DNA from: Aquificaceae bacterium | Lineage (GTDB): Bacteria; Aquificota; Aquificia; Aquificales; Aquificaceae | Assembly (NCBI GenBank): GCA_041640635.1 | Contig: JBEPZX010000007.1 | Span: 11,798 to 75,797 of the forward strand | Direction of reading: 5' to 3' | Length of the DNA stretch: 64,000 nucleotides | In this document: piece after piece, positions 29,018-43,449 of the stretch | Position numbering within the stretch: position 1 is the stretch's first letter | How the letters are laid out: every line of letters begins with the position of its first letter | The notes under the pieces: generated by a model | The model's database searches: none | What the model saw: only the letters and a program-made list of their open reading frames with translations | What the model was told of the DNA's origin: nothing | Made by a program: the position numbers and the translations under genes

Positions 29018-30927
29018 GATTAAGAAACTTAATACTACTTCTGGTTCACACAAACGCCATTGTAGGAATAATCTCTTTGTTTGGTACAACAAGTTTTTTT
29101 TGGTTTTTCTTTTTCGTTTACCTAACAGGTATATTTTTAGATTTCAAAAGCGTTTATCCAATAAGGAGATTAATATTAAATACAATAGGTGTAATACTTT
29201 CCCTATACTTTTTGTCTCGGTTAAGTCTTGAAAACTTGGTGTCTCCTCTGTCAAACACTCTTCTTTTATTGATTGCTATAAAGAGTTTGGAAAAAAAGGA
29301 AATTAGGGATCTGTATCAAATACTTCTTCTTTCTTTATTCGCCGTCTCTCTTTCCACCCTTCACAATTTAAATATAACCTTTTTGATAGTTCTTTTAATC
29401 GAGCTTTTTTTAGGTCTTACATCGTTAATATTCATAAATTTGTACAGAAACGTCGGAGATCAAGTTGTATACATAAGGGATGTGGCTCACTTTTTCCGTG
29501 TTTCCGTTGTATTATTCATCTTGATAGCCACTTTTTCAGTACCCTTCTTCATTGTTCTTCCTAGAAGTCAAAGTCCTATCTTTAGTTTTCTTTCGAAACC
29601 AGATGGCCTCAAATCGGGCATATCGGACAGTGTAAGTCTAGGTAAAGTTGGCGAAATACAGATGGACAATACGGTAGCCTTTAGGGTCTACGGGCTTCCA
29701 GTAGGTTTAGATAGCACGAGACTATATTGGAGAGTTTCGGTATTTGACAAGTACACCGGAAAAGAATGGATAAGCACTAGAGATAATAAAGTGGAAATAC
29801 ATAGAGGAAATGAAAACTCTTTTTCTTACACCATCTTTTTAGAGCCTACTTTTGCAAAGTACCTACCTCTTTTGGATTATCCAGCCGGTGTTACAAATTT
29901 GGAAGGTATAGAAGCCTTGGTTTATATTCAAGAAGGTAATGTATTTAGATTATCAAGAACTATTGACAAACCAATAAAGTATGTAGGATTTTCTAGCGAT
30001 ACACTTTTATACGAAGACCCTCCAGAACACTACCTAGATGTACCTAAAAACATACCCAATAGCATACTAAAGTTGGCTCAAGAAATATCAGAAAACGCAA
30101 AAACATCGCAAGAAAAGGTAAGAAGAGTTGTAGATTACTTTGGCGCAGGTGGATTTTCTTACTCCTTGAGGCTTGAAAAGTATGAAAACGACCCCTTGGA
30201 GTACTTTCTTTTGGTCTCTAAGAAGGGAAATTGTGAATACTACGCTAGTGCTACAGCTCTGCTCTTAAGAATTATGGGAGTACCAGCAAGGGTTGTTGGA
30301 GGCTACAGAGGCGCTATATGGAACAACCTGGGGAATTACTATATAGTTACCAACTCAATGGCTCATGTTTGGGTGGAAGCCTTCGTAAACGGAAGTTGGA
30401 TTAAGCTAGATACTACTCCACCATATGTACCTCCGGGGATAAGAAAGGTTTCCTGGTTTTCTCTTTTGAGCGATGCTGTAATGAGTTTTTGGCTTTCCAA
30501 GGTGGTTGGATACTCAATAGAAGATCAAATCAGCATGCTAACATCATTTAGCAAAAAACTCTCAATTGGTTTTAATAAACATGCGCTTTTGAACACACTG
30601 AAAAATACTTTTTTGGCAATACTGATTATTTCACTTCTATATGTACTTTATATCTTTTTTAGGGGATTAAGGAGAACACCAACAAACGCGTATTATGCAT
30701 TAGTAGGTGTTTTGAAAAAGGAAACTAAAATGCAAGTCGATGCAAATAAACCCCATCAATTACTCAAACAATTAGAGCACACGCCATTAAAAGTATATGC
30801 AGATTACATTGTTAATCTTTATCTAAGATATAAATACTCCCAGTATAGAATATACAATGATGAAATAGAAAAGGCTTATGAAAGCCTTGCAAAGATAAGG
30901 AGAATTATAAAAAGAGAGAATCAGTAA
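28993..30927 (+). CDS. Transglutaminase-like membrane protein (TgpA-type: N-terminal polytopic DUF3488-like region plus transglutaminase core)
   Basis: 644 aa. About 6 N-terminal TM helices; core [29 protein letters not shown]...AHVWVEAF (Cys/His/Asp triad); C-terminal TM. Confidence 0.8.
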   Translation: MVIELRSIRLRNLILLLVHTNAIVGIISLFGTTSFFWFFFFVYLTGIFLDFKSVYPIRRLILNTIGVILSLYFLSRLSLENLVSPLSNTLLLLIAIKSLEKKEIRDLYQILLLSLFAVSLSTLHNLNITFLIVLLIELFLGLTSLIFINLYRNVGDQVVYIRDVAHFFRVSVVLFILIATFSVPFFIVLPRSQSPIFSFLSKPDGLKSGISDSVSLGKVGEIQMDNTVAFRVYGLPVGLDSTRLYWRVSVFDKYTGKEWISTRDNKVEIHRGNENSFSYTIFLEPTFAKYLPLLDYPAGVTNLEGIEALVYIQEGNVFRLSRTIDKPIKYVGFSSDTLLYEDPPEHYLDVPKNIPNSILKLAQEISENAKTSQEKVRRVVDYFGAGGFSYSLRLEKYENDPLEYFLLVSKKGNCEYYASATALLLRIMGVPARVVGGYRGAIWNNLGNYYIVTNSMAHVWVEAFVNGSWIKLDTTPPYVPPGIRKVSWFSLLSDAVMSFWLSKVVGYSIEDQISMLTSFSKKLSIGFNKHALLNTLKNTFLAILIISLLYVLYIFFRGLRRTPTNAYYALVGVLKKETKMQVDANKPHQLLKQLEHTPLKVYADYIVNLYLRYKYSQYRIYNDEIEKAYESLAKIRRIIKRENQ

Positions 30928-31301
30928 TAATTATCATCACTTCTAACTTTTACAACTGTGTGAACATTTCCTCTGGGGTTAAAGTCACCTATAACTTCAA
31001 GGAATCTGGGCTTTAGAACTTCGTATAAAGCTTTGTATATCTCATTTGTTGCTTGCTCATGAGAGATATACCTGTTTCTAAATTTATTGAGCCATAGTTT
31101 TAAAGATTTAAGTTCTACTATATACTTATCAGGTATATACCTTATTTTTATAGTGGCGTAATCGGGATATCCTGAACGTGGACACAAGCAAGAAAATTCA
31201 GGAAAGGTTATTTCAATCATGTAACTCTTCTCTGTAGAAGGGTTAGGCCACGCTTCGAGCTCTGCCTTTTCTATTTCTAATTCACCATACTTTTTTTCCA
31301 T
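30921..31301 (-). CDS. queF: NADPH-dependent 7-cyano-7-deazaguanine reductase (type I QueF)
   Basis: 126 aa, [37 protein letters not shown]. Confidence 0.9.
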   Translation of the reverse strand: MEKKYGELEIEKAELEAWPNPSTEKSYMIEITFPEFSCLCPRSGYPDYATIKIRYIPDKYIVELKSLKLWLNKFRNRYISHEQATNEIYKALYEVLKPRFLEVIGDFNPRGNVHTVVKVRSDDNYY

Positions 31302-31320
31302 GGCTTTATAATTTTAAAAT

Positions 31321-32349
31321 ATGTTGAACAATAAAACTAATAAAGTGGAATGTAAGTTACATAGAAAGATACTTGATCAAGAACCACTATCTGAACAAGA
31401 TATACATACGCTGAGTTCTGTAATTAAAGAGCAACTAAAATTTATGGTAAAGAATAACATCCTTCCATTCCCCGAGAACTACAAAAAATGGTTTTTTATT
31501 TTTTGCTATGCTATAGAAAATGGTATAGATATAGAAGATGAAAAGTTGTTCGATTTATACAGGGACTTCTATAAAGAGGAAAGCAGCAAATACATATTTA
31601 TGGATATAAATAATGTAATAGAAGTGTTAGGTAACGTAGCTGAGGATTTGCACCTTTTGATAAAGGAACACAGAGACTATTCACAGAAAAAAGAGATAGA
31701 ACTTAGCAATATTAAAGATCTTGAAAAAAGCTCTGAAATAATAGAAAACACTGTAATATCTTTGATAAGCCACTTAAAAGATATTCAGAAAAGAAATGAA
31801 AAACTTTTAAAACAAGTTAAGAAACAAAAAAACGTCATAAGGGATATGAGTACACGTATCAAACAGCTAGAATTGGAAGCAAATCTGGATTATTTGACTG
31901 GTATAAACAATAGAAGATCTGTTGAAAGGGCTTTAAATGAATACTTTAAAGAATTTACTCTTAGTAAAGCGAAGTTTTCTGTAATTCTTATAGATATTGA
32001 TAATTTCAAACAAATAAATGATAAGTATGGTCATTTAATAGGTGATAGAGTACTCGTAAAGGTTGCATACTCTATAAAATCATCTATTAGAGCAAAAGAC
32101 ATACTTGGTAGGTGGGGTGGTGATGAATTCATCGTAATACTTCCAAATACTGACAAAGAAACAGCTAATAAAGTAAGGGAGAGAATAAGGTCTAATATAG
32201 ATCACTTAAATATCTATGCTGAAGGGGAACTTGTAAAGGTATCTGTGAGTATAGGTGCTGCGGAAGTTAGCGAAAGGCATCAGAATGTAGAAGCGCTTGT
32301 AAGTGAATGTGATATAGACATGTACAAAGACAAAGAAAAACACGTCTAA
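31321..32349 (+). CDS. GGDEF-domain diguanylate cyclase with N-terminal sensor and coiled-coil region
   Basis: RRSVERAL...FSVILIDIDNFKQINDKYGHLIGDRVL...RWGGDEFIVILPNT. Confidence 0.85.
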   Translation: MLNNKTNKVECKLHRKILDQEPLSEQDIHTLSSVIKEQLKFMVKNNILPFPENYKKWFFIFCYAIENGIDIEDEKLFDLYRDFYKEESSKYIFMDINNVIEVLGNVAEDLHLLIKEHRDYSQKKEIELSNIKDLEKSSEIIENTVISLISHLKDIQKRNEKLLKQVKKQKNVIRDMSTRIKQLELEANLDYLTGINNRRSVERALNEYFKEFTLSKAKFSVILIDIDNFKQINDKYGHLIGDRVLVKVAYSIKSSIRAKDILGRWGGDEFIVILPNTDKETANKVRERIRSNIDHLNIYAEGELVKVSVSIGAAEVSERHQNVEALVSECDIDMYKDKEKHV

Positions 32350-32518
32350 TTTGCAATAGTTTATTGTTAACGTTCTTCATAATCCTTAATACAGAAAATG
32401 TTATCTTGAAGAATGTAATCAATAAGGTATCTTGATTTTGTACTAACTCTCACTAGAACAAAAACTTTAACAAAACCTTAACAATAAGCTTTTACATTTA
32501 ATGTATGGAGGTAAGGAA

Positions 32519-32677
32519 ATGAAGGTGTTACAAGTTAAGGACAGAAAAGTAGCTCAAAAGATGGTAAGTAAGCTTTTGAAAAAGGGCATGGTGGTAGCTC
32601 AGGTAAGTCAAATAAGGGATGTAAACAAGGAGTTGATCAAGAAAGCGGATGTTGTCATAGTCACCCCCGAGAACTAA
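32519..32677 (+). CDS. Small ORF (52 aa) with strong SD, not in the supplied ORF track
   Basis: GGAGGTAAGGAAATG start context. Encodes MKVLQVKDRKVAQKMVSKLLKKGMVVAQVSQIRDVNKELIKKADVVIVTPEN. Its 3' end overlaps the convergent udg stop by 17 nt. Confidence 0.4.
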   Translation: MKVLQVKDRKVAQKMVSKLLKKGMVVAQVSQIRDVNKELIKKADVVIVTPEN

Positions 32678-33361
32678 TCAAACTTATCCCAAGCTTAATG
32701 TCATCTGTGAACTCTGCGTCCGCACCGGGATTTCTTAAAATATAAGCAGGATGGTAAGTAACCAACACTTTGATTTTGGGATTAAAAGGATAGCTTAACA
32801 CCTTGCCCCTTACCTTGGTTATCTGGGCACTCTTGCCAAATATACCTTCGTAAGCTGTAGCTCCAAGGCAAACTATAAGCTTTGGGTTTATTATTTCTAT
32901 CTCCTTCAGCAGGTACGGAATACAGCGCATCATTTCCTCCTTTGTAGGTTTTCTGTTCCCCGGTGGTCTGGATTTCACTACGTTTGTTATGTATACGTCT
33001 TGTCTATTTATACCAAACTGAGCGAGCTTTTGGTTCAGATACTGTCCGGCTTTGCCTACAAAGGGTCGTTTTTGTCTGTCTTCTTCTTCGCCTGGAGCTT
33101 CACCAATAAAAACTATTTGGCTTTCTGGATTTCCTTCACCAAAAACGTATCCGCTGGAGCCTTCGTAGAGTGTGCACTTTGATTCTCTTTGCATTCTGTC
33201 ATAAAGCTCCAAAAGTAAAGTTTTTTTATCTTTTTTAGGTTGTTGCATGGTTTTTTCTTGTGTTTGTCTTTCTTTTATCAAAGTTTCCTGTGAATCTACG
33301 TAGATTTCAGTAAATCCTAGTTCCATTAGAGAGCGTATGGTAGCCTTGATTTTTTCTTCGT

Positions 33362-33374
<13 letters not shown>
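32661..33374 (-). CDS. udg: Uracil-DNA glycosylase, family 4 (thermostable UdgA type)
   Basis: GEGNPESQIVFIGEAPGEEED...FVGKAG...ITNVVKSRPPGNRKP...IVCLGATA. Confidence 0.85.
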
Positions 33375-37465
<4,091 letters not shown>

Positions 37466-37586
37466 ATGAATATTTTAACTTGTTAATTGTCCTCCTTAGT
37501 GTATACTGTCTTTGCTGATTTAATACCGCTTTCGTTTGATAAAAAGGTTATACTATACCTTATAAACACTACAAAAGGAGAATGCT

Positions 37587-37841
37587 ATGGAAGAACAACA
37601 AATGTATGTGGTACCTTTTAGTTTGGTAGGTTTCTTTTTCACGAGCAAACCTGTAGAAGAGAGCATAAGAAACGACTTATCACCGGAGGAAATGGAAAGA
37701 CTTCAAGATATTATAGCCAGGTTTCTTTTCACCGAAGACATAAAGGTAGCCTTGTACCCGTCTATAGTTCCAGTTGATCAAGCGGAGGATGCTGTGGAAG
37801 AGCTAAAGGAAATGATATTTGGTGAAGAGGAGGAAGAATGA
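37587..37841 (+). CDS. Small acidic hypothetical protein (84 aa)
   Basis: ATGA overlap with dapB. C-terminal EEEEE tail. No motif recognised. Confidence 0.4.
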   Translation: MEEQQMYVVPFSLVGFFFTSKPVEESIRNDLSPEEMERLQDIIARFLFTEDIKVALYPSIVPVDQAEDAVEELKEMIFGEEEEE

Positions 37842-38635
37842 TAAAAGTAGCTCTATGCGGAGCGCTTGGCAGAATGGGCAAGGCTATTCTGAGACTTGCC
37901 CTTCAGGACTCAAAGGTAGATATAGAAGCAGGGGTAGAACATCCAGATTGTATAAGCAAGAGCGATTTGGGAGTGGCAAGCGGCATAAATGAGTACAATG
38001 GTAAAGTCTTAACTTCTAGGCTGGAAGATGTTTTATCCTCGTGCGACGTAGTTATAGACTTTACTGGAAATACTACAGGTGCTGTAGCTCATGCAAAGCT
38101 ATGCAGTTTTAGCAAAAAGCCGATAGTGATAGGTACTACGGGTTTTACAGAAAGTGAGCTAAGAGAGATTGAGAGGTGCTCCGAAGATACGGCTGTTTTA
38201 CTGTCTCCCAATATGAGCTTGGGTGTAAACCTTATGTTTAAACTAGCTCAAATGGCTGTTTCTGCTCTAAAGGATAAAGGCTTTGATATAGAAGTTCTAG
38301 AAATTCATCATAGGTTCAAAAAGGACGCCCCAAGTGGAACCGCTCTGGAACTTGCCAAGCACGTACAAAATGCCTACGGAGATGAATTAAACAAGGTTTA
38401 TCAAAGAGAAGGAATAAGTCCAAGAGGACAAAAGGATATGGGTATAATGGCGCTCAGAGGTGGTGATGTGGTTGGTGAACACACCCTTTACCTTTTTGGC
38501 TTTGGCGAAAGAATAGAGATAACCCACAGAGCTACTTCCAGAGATATCTTTGCAAAAGGTGCCATAGAAGCTAGCAAGTGGATAAAGGGTAAAGCACCAG
38601 GTATGTATTCTATGTTCGATGTTTTGGGGCTATGA
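37838..38635 (+). CDS. dapB: 4-hydroxy-tetrahydrodipicolinate reductase
   Basis: MIKVALCGALGRMGKAI...EIHHRFKKDAPSGTAL. Confidence 0.9.
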   Translation: MIKVALCGALGRMGKAILRLALQDSKVDIEAGVEHPDCISKSDLGVASGINEYNGKVLTSRLEDVLSSCDVVIDFTGNTTGAVAHAKLCSFSKKPIVIGTTGFTESELREIERCSEDTAVLLSPNMSLGVNLMFKLAQMAVSALKDKGFDIEVLEIHHRFKKDAPSGTALELAKHVQNAYGDELNKVYQREGISPRGQKDMGIMALRGGDVVGEHTLYLFGFGERIEITHRATSRDIFAKGAIEASKWIKGKAPGMYSMFDVLGL

Positions 38636-39048
38636 GCTTCTATGAGATAATAGAGGATGTTACAGCGGATACTGGTATAAGAGTAAAGGGAGAAAGTGTA
38701 GAGGAAGTATTTTGCAAAGCTATACTCGCCACTTTTAACGAAATAACGGATATAAACGCTGTGGATAAAAACGAAGAGTATCTTATTGAACTCTCTGGAG
38801 AAATGCCATACTTATTGGTAGATGTTATAAACAGAGCCTTGGTTTTGTTCGAAAGCAAAGGATTCGTTGCAAAAGAGTGTCATATTTTGGAACTTTCCCA
38901 GACTCATACAAGGTTGTTACTCAAAGGCGGAAGTTTCGATATTCAAAAGCATGAAGCTAAGTTGCTTATAAAAGCTGCTACATACCATCGTCTAAAGTTG
39001 GAGAAGGTGGAAAACCAAGTAGTTGCGGAGGTTATCTTTGACATTTAA
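38632..39048 (+). CDS. Archease (RtcB ligase cofactor family)
   Basis: 138 aa, YEIIEDVTADTGIRVKGESVEEVFCKA fits the archease HTADxGIRVxG pattern. Confidence 0.7.
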   Translation: MSFYEIIEDVTADTGIRVKGESVEEVFCKAILATFNEITDINAVDKNEEYLIELSGEMPYLLVDVINRALVLFESKGFVAKECHILELSQTHTRLLLKGGSFDIQKHEAKLLIKAATYHRLKLEKVENQVVAEVIFDI

Positions 39049-39886
39049 GATAAAGGATTATGCGGAGCTAGTCAAGTTTGAACACACCATATTTGCACTG
39101 CCTTTTGCTTTGGCAAGTGTAGTTATACTATACGAAACTTTTCCAGGCTTTTGGACCCTCCTTTGGATTGTGGTTGCTTTAATAAGTGCGAGAACCGCTG
39201 GGATGGCTCTAAATAGATATATAGATCTTCCAATAGATGCGCTAAACCCACGCACGAGAAATTGGGTGCACGTCTCTGGTAAGGTTAGCTTAGATGAAAT
39301 AAAAAAATTAATACTTTCTTCTTCACTTCTTTTCTTTGTTTCCACGCTCTTTATAAACTTATACGCCTTTTTACTATCACCGGTAGTTTTGTTCTTACTT
39401 TGGCTGTATCCTTACTCCAAAAGATTCACCAATTACCCTCACTTAGTTTTAGGATCCGTGTACTTTTTGATACCCTTAGGAGTAGATATAGCACTAAACT
39501 CTACCATATCTTTAAATGCCATACTTCTTGGACTGGCTATGGCCTTTTGGGTTGCAGGCTTTGATATCCTCTATGCTTTGCAGGATTATGAGTTCGATAA
39601 ATCTCACGGTATAGGTTCCATTCCCGTAAAGTATGGAATAGAGAAGGCACTATATATAGCCCGCTTTTTCCACTTACTTACCTTTTTCTTTTTGCTAATA
39701 CTAGGCATTAAAAACTTAGGAGCTATATATCTTATCGGACTTTTGGGCATAGCTGCTTTTCTGGTTTATGAACATAAACTTATAAAACCCGACGATCTTT
39801 CGAAGATAAACAAAGCCTTTTTTACAACAAATGGTTACATAAGCATTTTGTTTTTTATAATAGTTCTTTTGGACAGAACGCTATGA
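39023..39886 (+). CDS. UbiA-family aromatic prenyltransferase (menaquinone/ubiquinone-type)
   Basis: 287 aa, polytopic. LNRYIDLPIDALNPRT (NxxxDxxxD) plus a second Asp-rich region (DILYALQDYEFD). Confidence 0.8.
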   Translation: MRRLSLTFKIKDYAELVKFEHTIFALPFALASVVILYETFPGFWTLLWIVVALISARTAGMALNRYIDLPIDALNPRTRNWVHVSGKVSLDEIKKLILSSSLLFFVSTLFINLYAFLLSPVVLFLLWLYPYSKRFTNYPHLVLGSVYFLIPLGVDIALNSTISLNAILLGLAMAFWVAGFDILYALQDYEFDKSHGIGSIPVKYGIEKALYIARFFHLLTFFFLLILGIKNLGAIYLIGLLGIAAFLVYEHKLIKPDDLSKINKAFFTTNGYISILFFIIVLLDRTL

Positions 39887-40704
39887 AACCCATTTTAAAG
39901 TTATCACAAACTCACTACGTAAAGAGTTTACTTCGAAAATCTCAACTGAACACGGTATGCGAAGAGTCTAGATGTCCAAATATAGGTGAGTGCTTTTCAT
40001 CAAAGACAGCAACCTTTATGATACTCGGTGATGTATGCACAAGAGGATGCACCTTCTGTAATGTAAACAGAGGGAAGGGGCCAAAACCTAGCCAAGAAGA
40101 GCCATACAGACTTTTGCAAACTGTCAAAGCTTTAGACCTAAAGTACGTCGTTTTGACCTCACCTACCAGAGATGATCTACCAGATGGTGGTGCATCCCAT
40201 TTTGCTAAGTGCGTGGAAGTTCTCAAAAAAGAAGGATTGAAAGTAGAAGTCCTGATCCCTGATTTTAGAGGCAACAAAGGAGCTCTTGAAATAGTTTTAC
40301 AAGCTGGTCCCGATGTGCTTAACCACAACATGGAAACGGTAAAGAGACTATACCCAAAGGTGAGAATTGGTGCCAATTACGAGAGAAGTTTAGAAGTTTT
40401 AAGGCATTCCAAAGATGTAGCACCACACATACCAACCAAATCAGCTATCATCCTAGGATTTGGTGAAACCTTAGAGGAAGTTGTACAGCTTCTTGAGGAT
40501 CTAAGATCTGTTAATTGTGACTTTCTTTGCATAGGTCAGTATTACCAGCCAAGTAGGAATCACTTCCCAGTGCACAAGTATTACTCTGCGGAAGAATTTA
40601 AGCAACTGGAAAAGCTAGCTTACAGTTTTGGATTTAGGTATGTAGTTAGTGGTCCAAATGTAAGGAGCTCTTATAAAGCTTTTCAACTATCCTCTATACT
40701 TTAA
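39883..40704 (+). CDS. lipA: Lipoyl synthase
   Basis: CPNIGECF...ILGDVCTRGCTFCNV (two Cys clusters). Confidence 0.9.
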   Translation: MKPILKLSQTHYVKSLLRKSQLNTVCEESRCPNIGECFSSKTATFMILGDVCTRGCTFCNVNRGKGPKPSQEEPYRLLQTVKALDLKYVVLTSPTRDDLPDGGASHFAKCVEVLKKEGLKVEVLIPDFRGNKGALEIVLQAGPDVLNHNMETVKRLYPKVRIGANYERSLEVLRHSKDVAPHIPTKSAIILGFGETLEEVVQLLEDLRSVNCDFLCIGQYYQPSRNHFPVHKYYSAEEFKQLEKLAYSFGFRYVVSGPNVRSSYKAFQLSSIL

Positions 40705-41949
40705 CTTTATGTATTCTAAACGCTCGTAGTGATTAACAATAGGCTTGTAGTATGGCAATTTATTATTTATGGGATCATGTAGCTCGTTACATGGAACGTC
40801 TTTTAGTTCAGGTATGTATTTTTTTATATACTGGCAATGAGGGTCAAAGCGCATAGATTGCATTATAGGATTGAAAATTCTCAAAGGTCTAGGATCTGCA
40901 CCAACAGAAGCTACCCATTGCCAGTTACCGATGTTTACAACTTCATCGTAATCTATCAAGTGATGTTTGAAAAATTCTTCACCTATTCTCCAATCGATTA
41001 AGAGATCCTTGGTTAAGAAACTTCCTAGAATCATTCTAACTCTGTTGTGAATCCATTTTTCCTGTATCAATTGTTTAATACCCGCATCCACTATTGGATA
41101 ACCTGTTTTGGCATTTAAAAAAGCTTCAATGAACTCTTGATTATTTTCCCAACTTATGTGCTGCCTCTTTTCCTGAAATTCCTTTTCCTTTGTCCATGGA
41201 AAATTAAGCCTTATATGATACCAAAACTCTCTCCATGCGAGCTCTTTTATAAAAGCTTCGCTTTCCTTTGCCTTTTCGTAAATCTCTCTTATGGATAACA
41301 CTCCAAACCTTATACACGGGGAAAGCTTGGACGTCCCATCTAAAAAAGGATAGTTTCTTGTATGTTCGTAGTTCTTAAAATCAAAATTTCTTAACCTTTC
41401 TTTACATTTGGCAGGAGTGAAAATTGAAGCCTTAAATTTAATATCCTTTAAATCAAAGCCTTTTAGGTCCAATTTAGGAACATTAATAGAGTCTATATGA
41501 GCCTTCCTTAAATCTAGGCTTTTTATCCATTCATTGTAAAAACTCGTATACACTTTTTTAGGAGGTAAAACTTCTGGATTTACCAAAAAGCCATCCAAGA
41601 TTTCCAAAAACTTTATGTTTCTTACATCACATAGTTTTTTAATACATTCTACTCTTCTTTGACCGCTCCACGTATAAGCTTTTTGGGTAACCACTACATC
41701 AGGTTTTACTTCATCCAAAATTCTTTCGAATATTTCTGATGTGTTACCTTTAAAGGTGTAAACTTTTACTCCTATCTTTTCAATACACTCAGCTATAAAC
41801 TTAAATCTCTCATCGTAAGCTTTTAGATCAGACAGAATCTCCTCATCAAATATAAATACAGGTATTACCTCTCTATAGTTTTTAACTTCCTCAAAGACCC
41901 TATTATCCTCAAGTCTTAAATCTCTTTTTAGCCAAACAATTGCACGCAT
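40687..41949 (-). CDS. DNA photolyase / cryptochrome family flavoprotein
   Basis: 420 aa. N-terminal AIVWLKRDLRLEDNRVF photolyase alpha/beta domain; C-terminal FAD-binding helical domain with a Trp-rich region. Confidence 0.75.
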   Translation of the reverse strand: MRAIVWLKRDLRLEDNRVFEEVKNYREVIPVFIFDEEILSDLKAYDERFKFIAECIEKIGVKVYTFKGNTSEIFERILDEVKPDVVVTQKAYTWSGQRRVECIKKLCDVRNIKFLEILDGFLVNPEVLPPKKVYTSFYNEWIKSLDLRKAHIDSINVPKLDLKGFDLKDIKFKASIFTPAKCKERLRNFDFKNYEHTRNYPFLDGTSKLSPCIRFGVLSIREIYEKAKESEAFIKELAWREFWYHIRLNFPWTKEKEFQEKRQHISWENNQEFIEAFLNAKTGYPIVDAGIKQLIQEKWIHNRVRMILGSFLTKDLLIDWRIGEEFFKHHLIDYDEVVNIGNWQWVASVGADPRPLRIFNPIMQSMRFDPHCQYIKKYIPELKDVPCNELHDPINNKLPYYKPIVNHYERLEYIKLKYRG

Positions 41950-41985
41950 AAAAATTTCAAAGTCTTCTTAGATAAACTCCTAAGT

Positions 41986-43437
41986 TTAAGAACTTTCAGA
42001 GAGTATAAAGTTCACACAAGTTCTTACACCAAAGCCTGTAGCTTCTTTTGTATAGTATCCAAACTCCTCCTTTATATAAGCTGGGCCTGCTATATCTAGG
42101 TGTGCCCATTTAATGCCTTCATCTACAAACTCTTCTAGAAACATGGCAGCTGTTATAGCACCTCCGTATCTTCCACCAGAGTTTACCACATCAGCAGGTC
42201 CTTTTTTTATCTTCTCTCTAAGCTTTTTATCATCTAAAGGTAGTTTCCAAAGTCTCTCTCCTGTTTCTTTAGAGATTTCCAAAAGTCTGTTTGCCAAATC
42301 ATCACTGTTGCTAAAAAGCCCTGCTGTGTATTCACCCAACGCTACTATGCATGCACCCGTTAAAGTAGCAAGATCTATAATTACGGATGGTTTGAGTCTT
42401 GAAGCATAAGACAGCGCATCTGCAAGGGTTACCCTTCCTTCGGCATCTGTGTTATCTATCTCTATGGTTTTTCCATTGAGCGCCTTTATTATATCATCCG
42501 GTCTGTAGGCGGTACCACTTGGCATGTTTTCCGCTAAAGCTGATATTCCATGAACCTCTACGTTTGGCTTTAACTGGGCAATAGCTTTCATAATACCAAG
42601 CATAGCACAGGCCCCAGATTTGTCCATCTTCATAGTTCTCATGTAATCACCAGTCTTTATATTTAGCCCACCAGAATCAAAGGTCAAACCTTTGCCTACT
42701 ATGGCGATTTTAGCCTTTGGTTCCCCGGAAGGTTTGTAGATCAGATGAACAAATCGAGGGGGAGTTGAAGAACCTTTACCTACACTCCAAAGAGCTAACA
42801 TTCCCATCTCTTGTATTTGATTTTCGTCGTATACAATACATTCTAAGTTGTGCTCCTTTGCTACCTCTTGAGCCAGCTGGGCAAATGTAATAGGATTAAT
42901 AACGTTTCCAGGTTCGTTAACTATGCTTCTTGCGAAGTTTTGCGCTTGAGCTAAAATGTTTCCTATTTGTATACCTTTTTCGTCAGCGTTGTAAATATGA
43001 ACGCTTTTAATTTCCCACTCTTCTTTGTCCTTTGTTTTGTATTTGTCAAAGGTGTAACTTCCTAAAACAAAACCTTCTGCTACAGCCATTGATTTTTTAT
43101 AATCTAAGCTTTCTCCTGCGTATATCCCTATTTCCTTGATTTTGTCTTTCTTTGCTCTTTTGTATACCAAAGCTGCACTTCTTCTGTAGTTATCGAGTTC
43201 TACTTTGTCCTTTTTACCTAAACCAGCAACGTAAATTACCTTTATAGCATCGTCCTTGGTAGGCAAAAGTAACTTTACCAAACCATCCTCTTTCCCTTTG
43301 AAGTTTTCCTTTTCAAGAAGTTTTTCCACTAAATTTTTGGATTCTCCTAAGATCTCAAGATTGGAAAAATCGTTTTCATATACAAATATGGCGATACTTT
43401 CTGGTATTTGTTCAAATTGCACAGCTTTTAACAACAT
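41986..43437 (-). CDS. pepA: Leucyl aminopeptidase (M17)
   Basis: NTDAEGRVTLADAL and the M17 catalytic region. Confidence 0.9.
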   Translation of the reverse strand: MLLKAVQFEQIPESIAIFVYENDFSNLEILGESKNLVEKLLEKENFKGKEDGLVKLLLPTKDDAIKVIYVAGLGKKDKVELDNYRRSAALVYKRAKKDKIKEIGIYAGESLDYKKSMAVAEGFVLGSYTFDKYKTKDKEEWEIKSVHIYNADEKGIQIGNILAQAQNFARSIVNEPGNVINPITFAQLAQEVAKEHNLECIVYDENQIQEMGMLALWSVGKGSSTPPRFVHLIYKPSGEPKAKIAIVGKGLTFDSGGLNIKTGDYMRTMKMDKSGACAMLGIMKAIAQLKPNVEVHGISALAENMPSGTAYRPDDIIKALNGKTIEIDNTDAEGRVTLADALSYASRLKPSVIIDLATLTGACIVALGEYTAGLFSNSDDLANRLLEISKETGERLWKLPLDDKKLREKIKKGPADVVNSGGRYGGAITAAMFLEEFVDEGIKWAHLDIAGPAYIKEEFGYYTKEATGFGVRTCVNFILSESS

Positions 43438-43449
43438 TCCAAAATCCTC

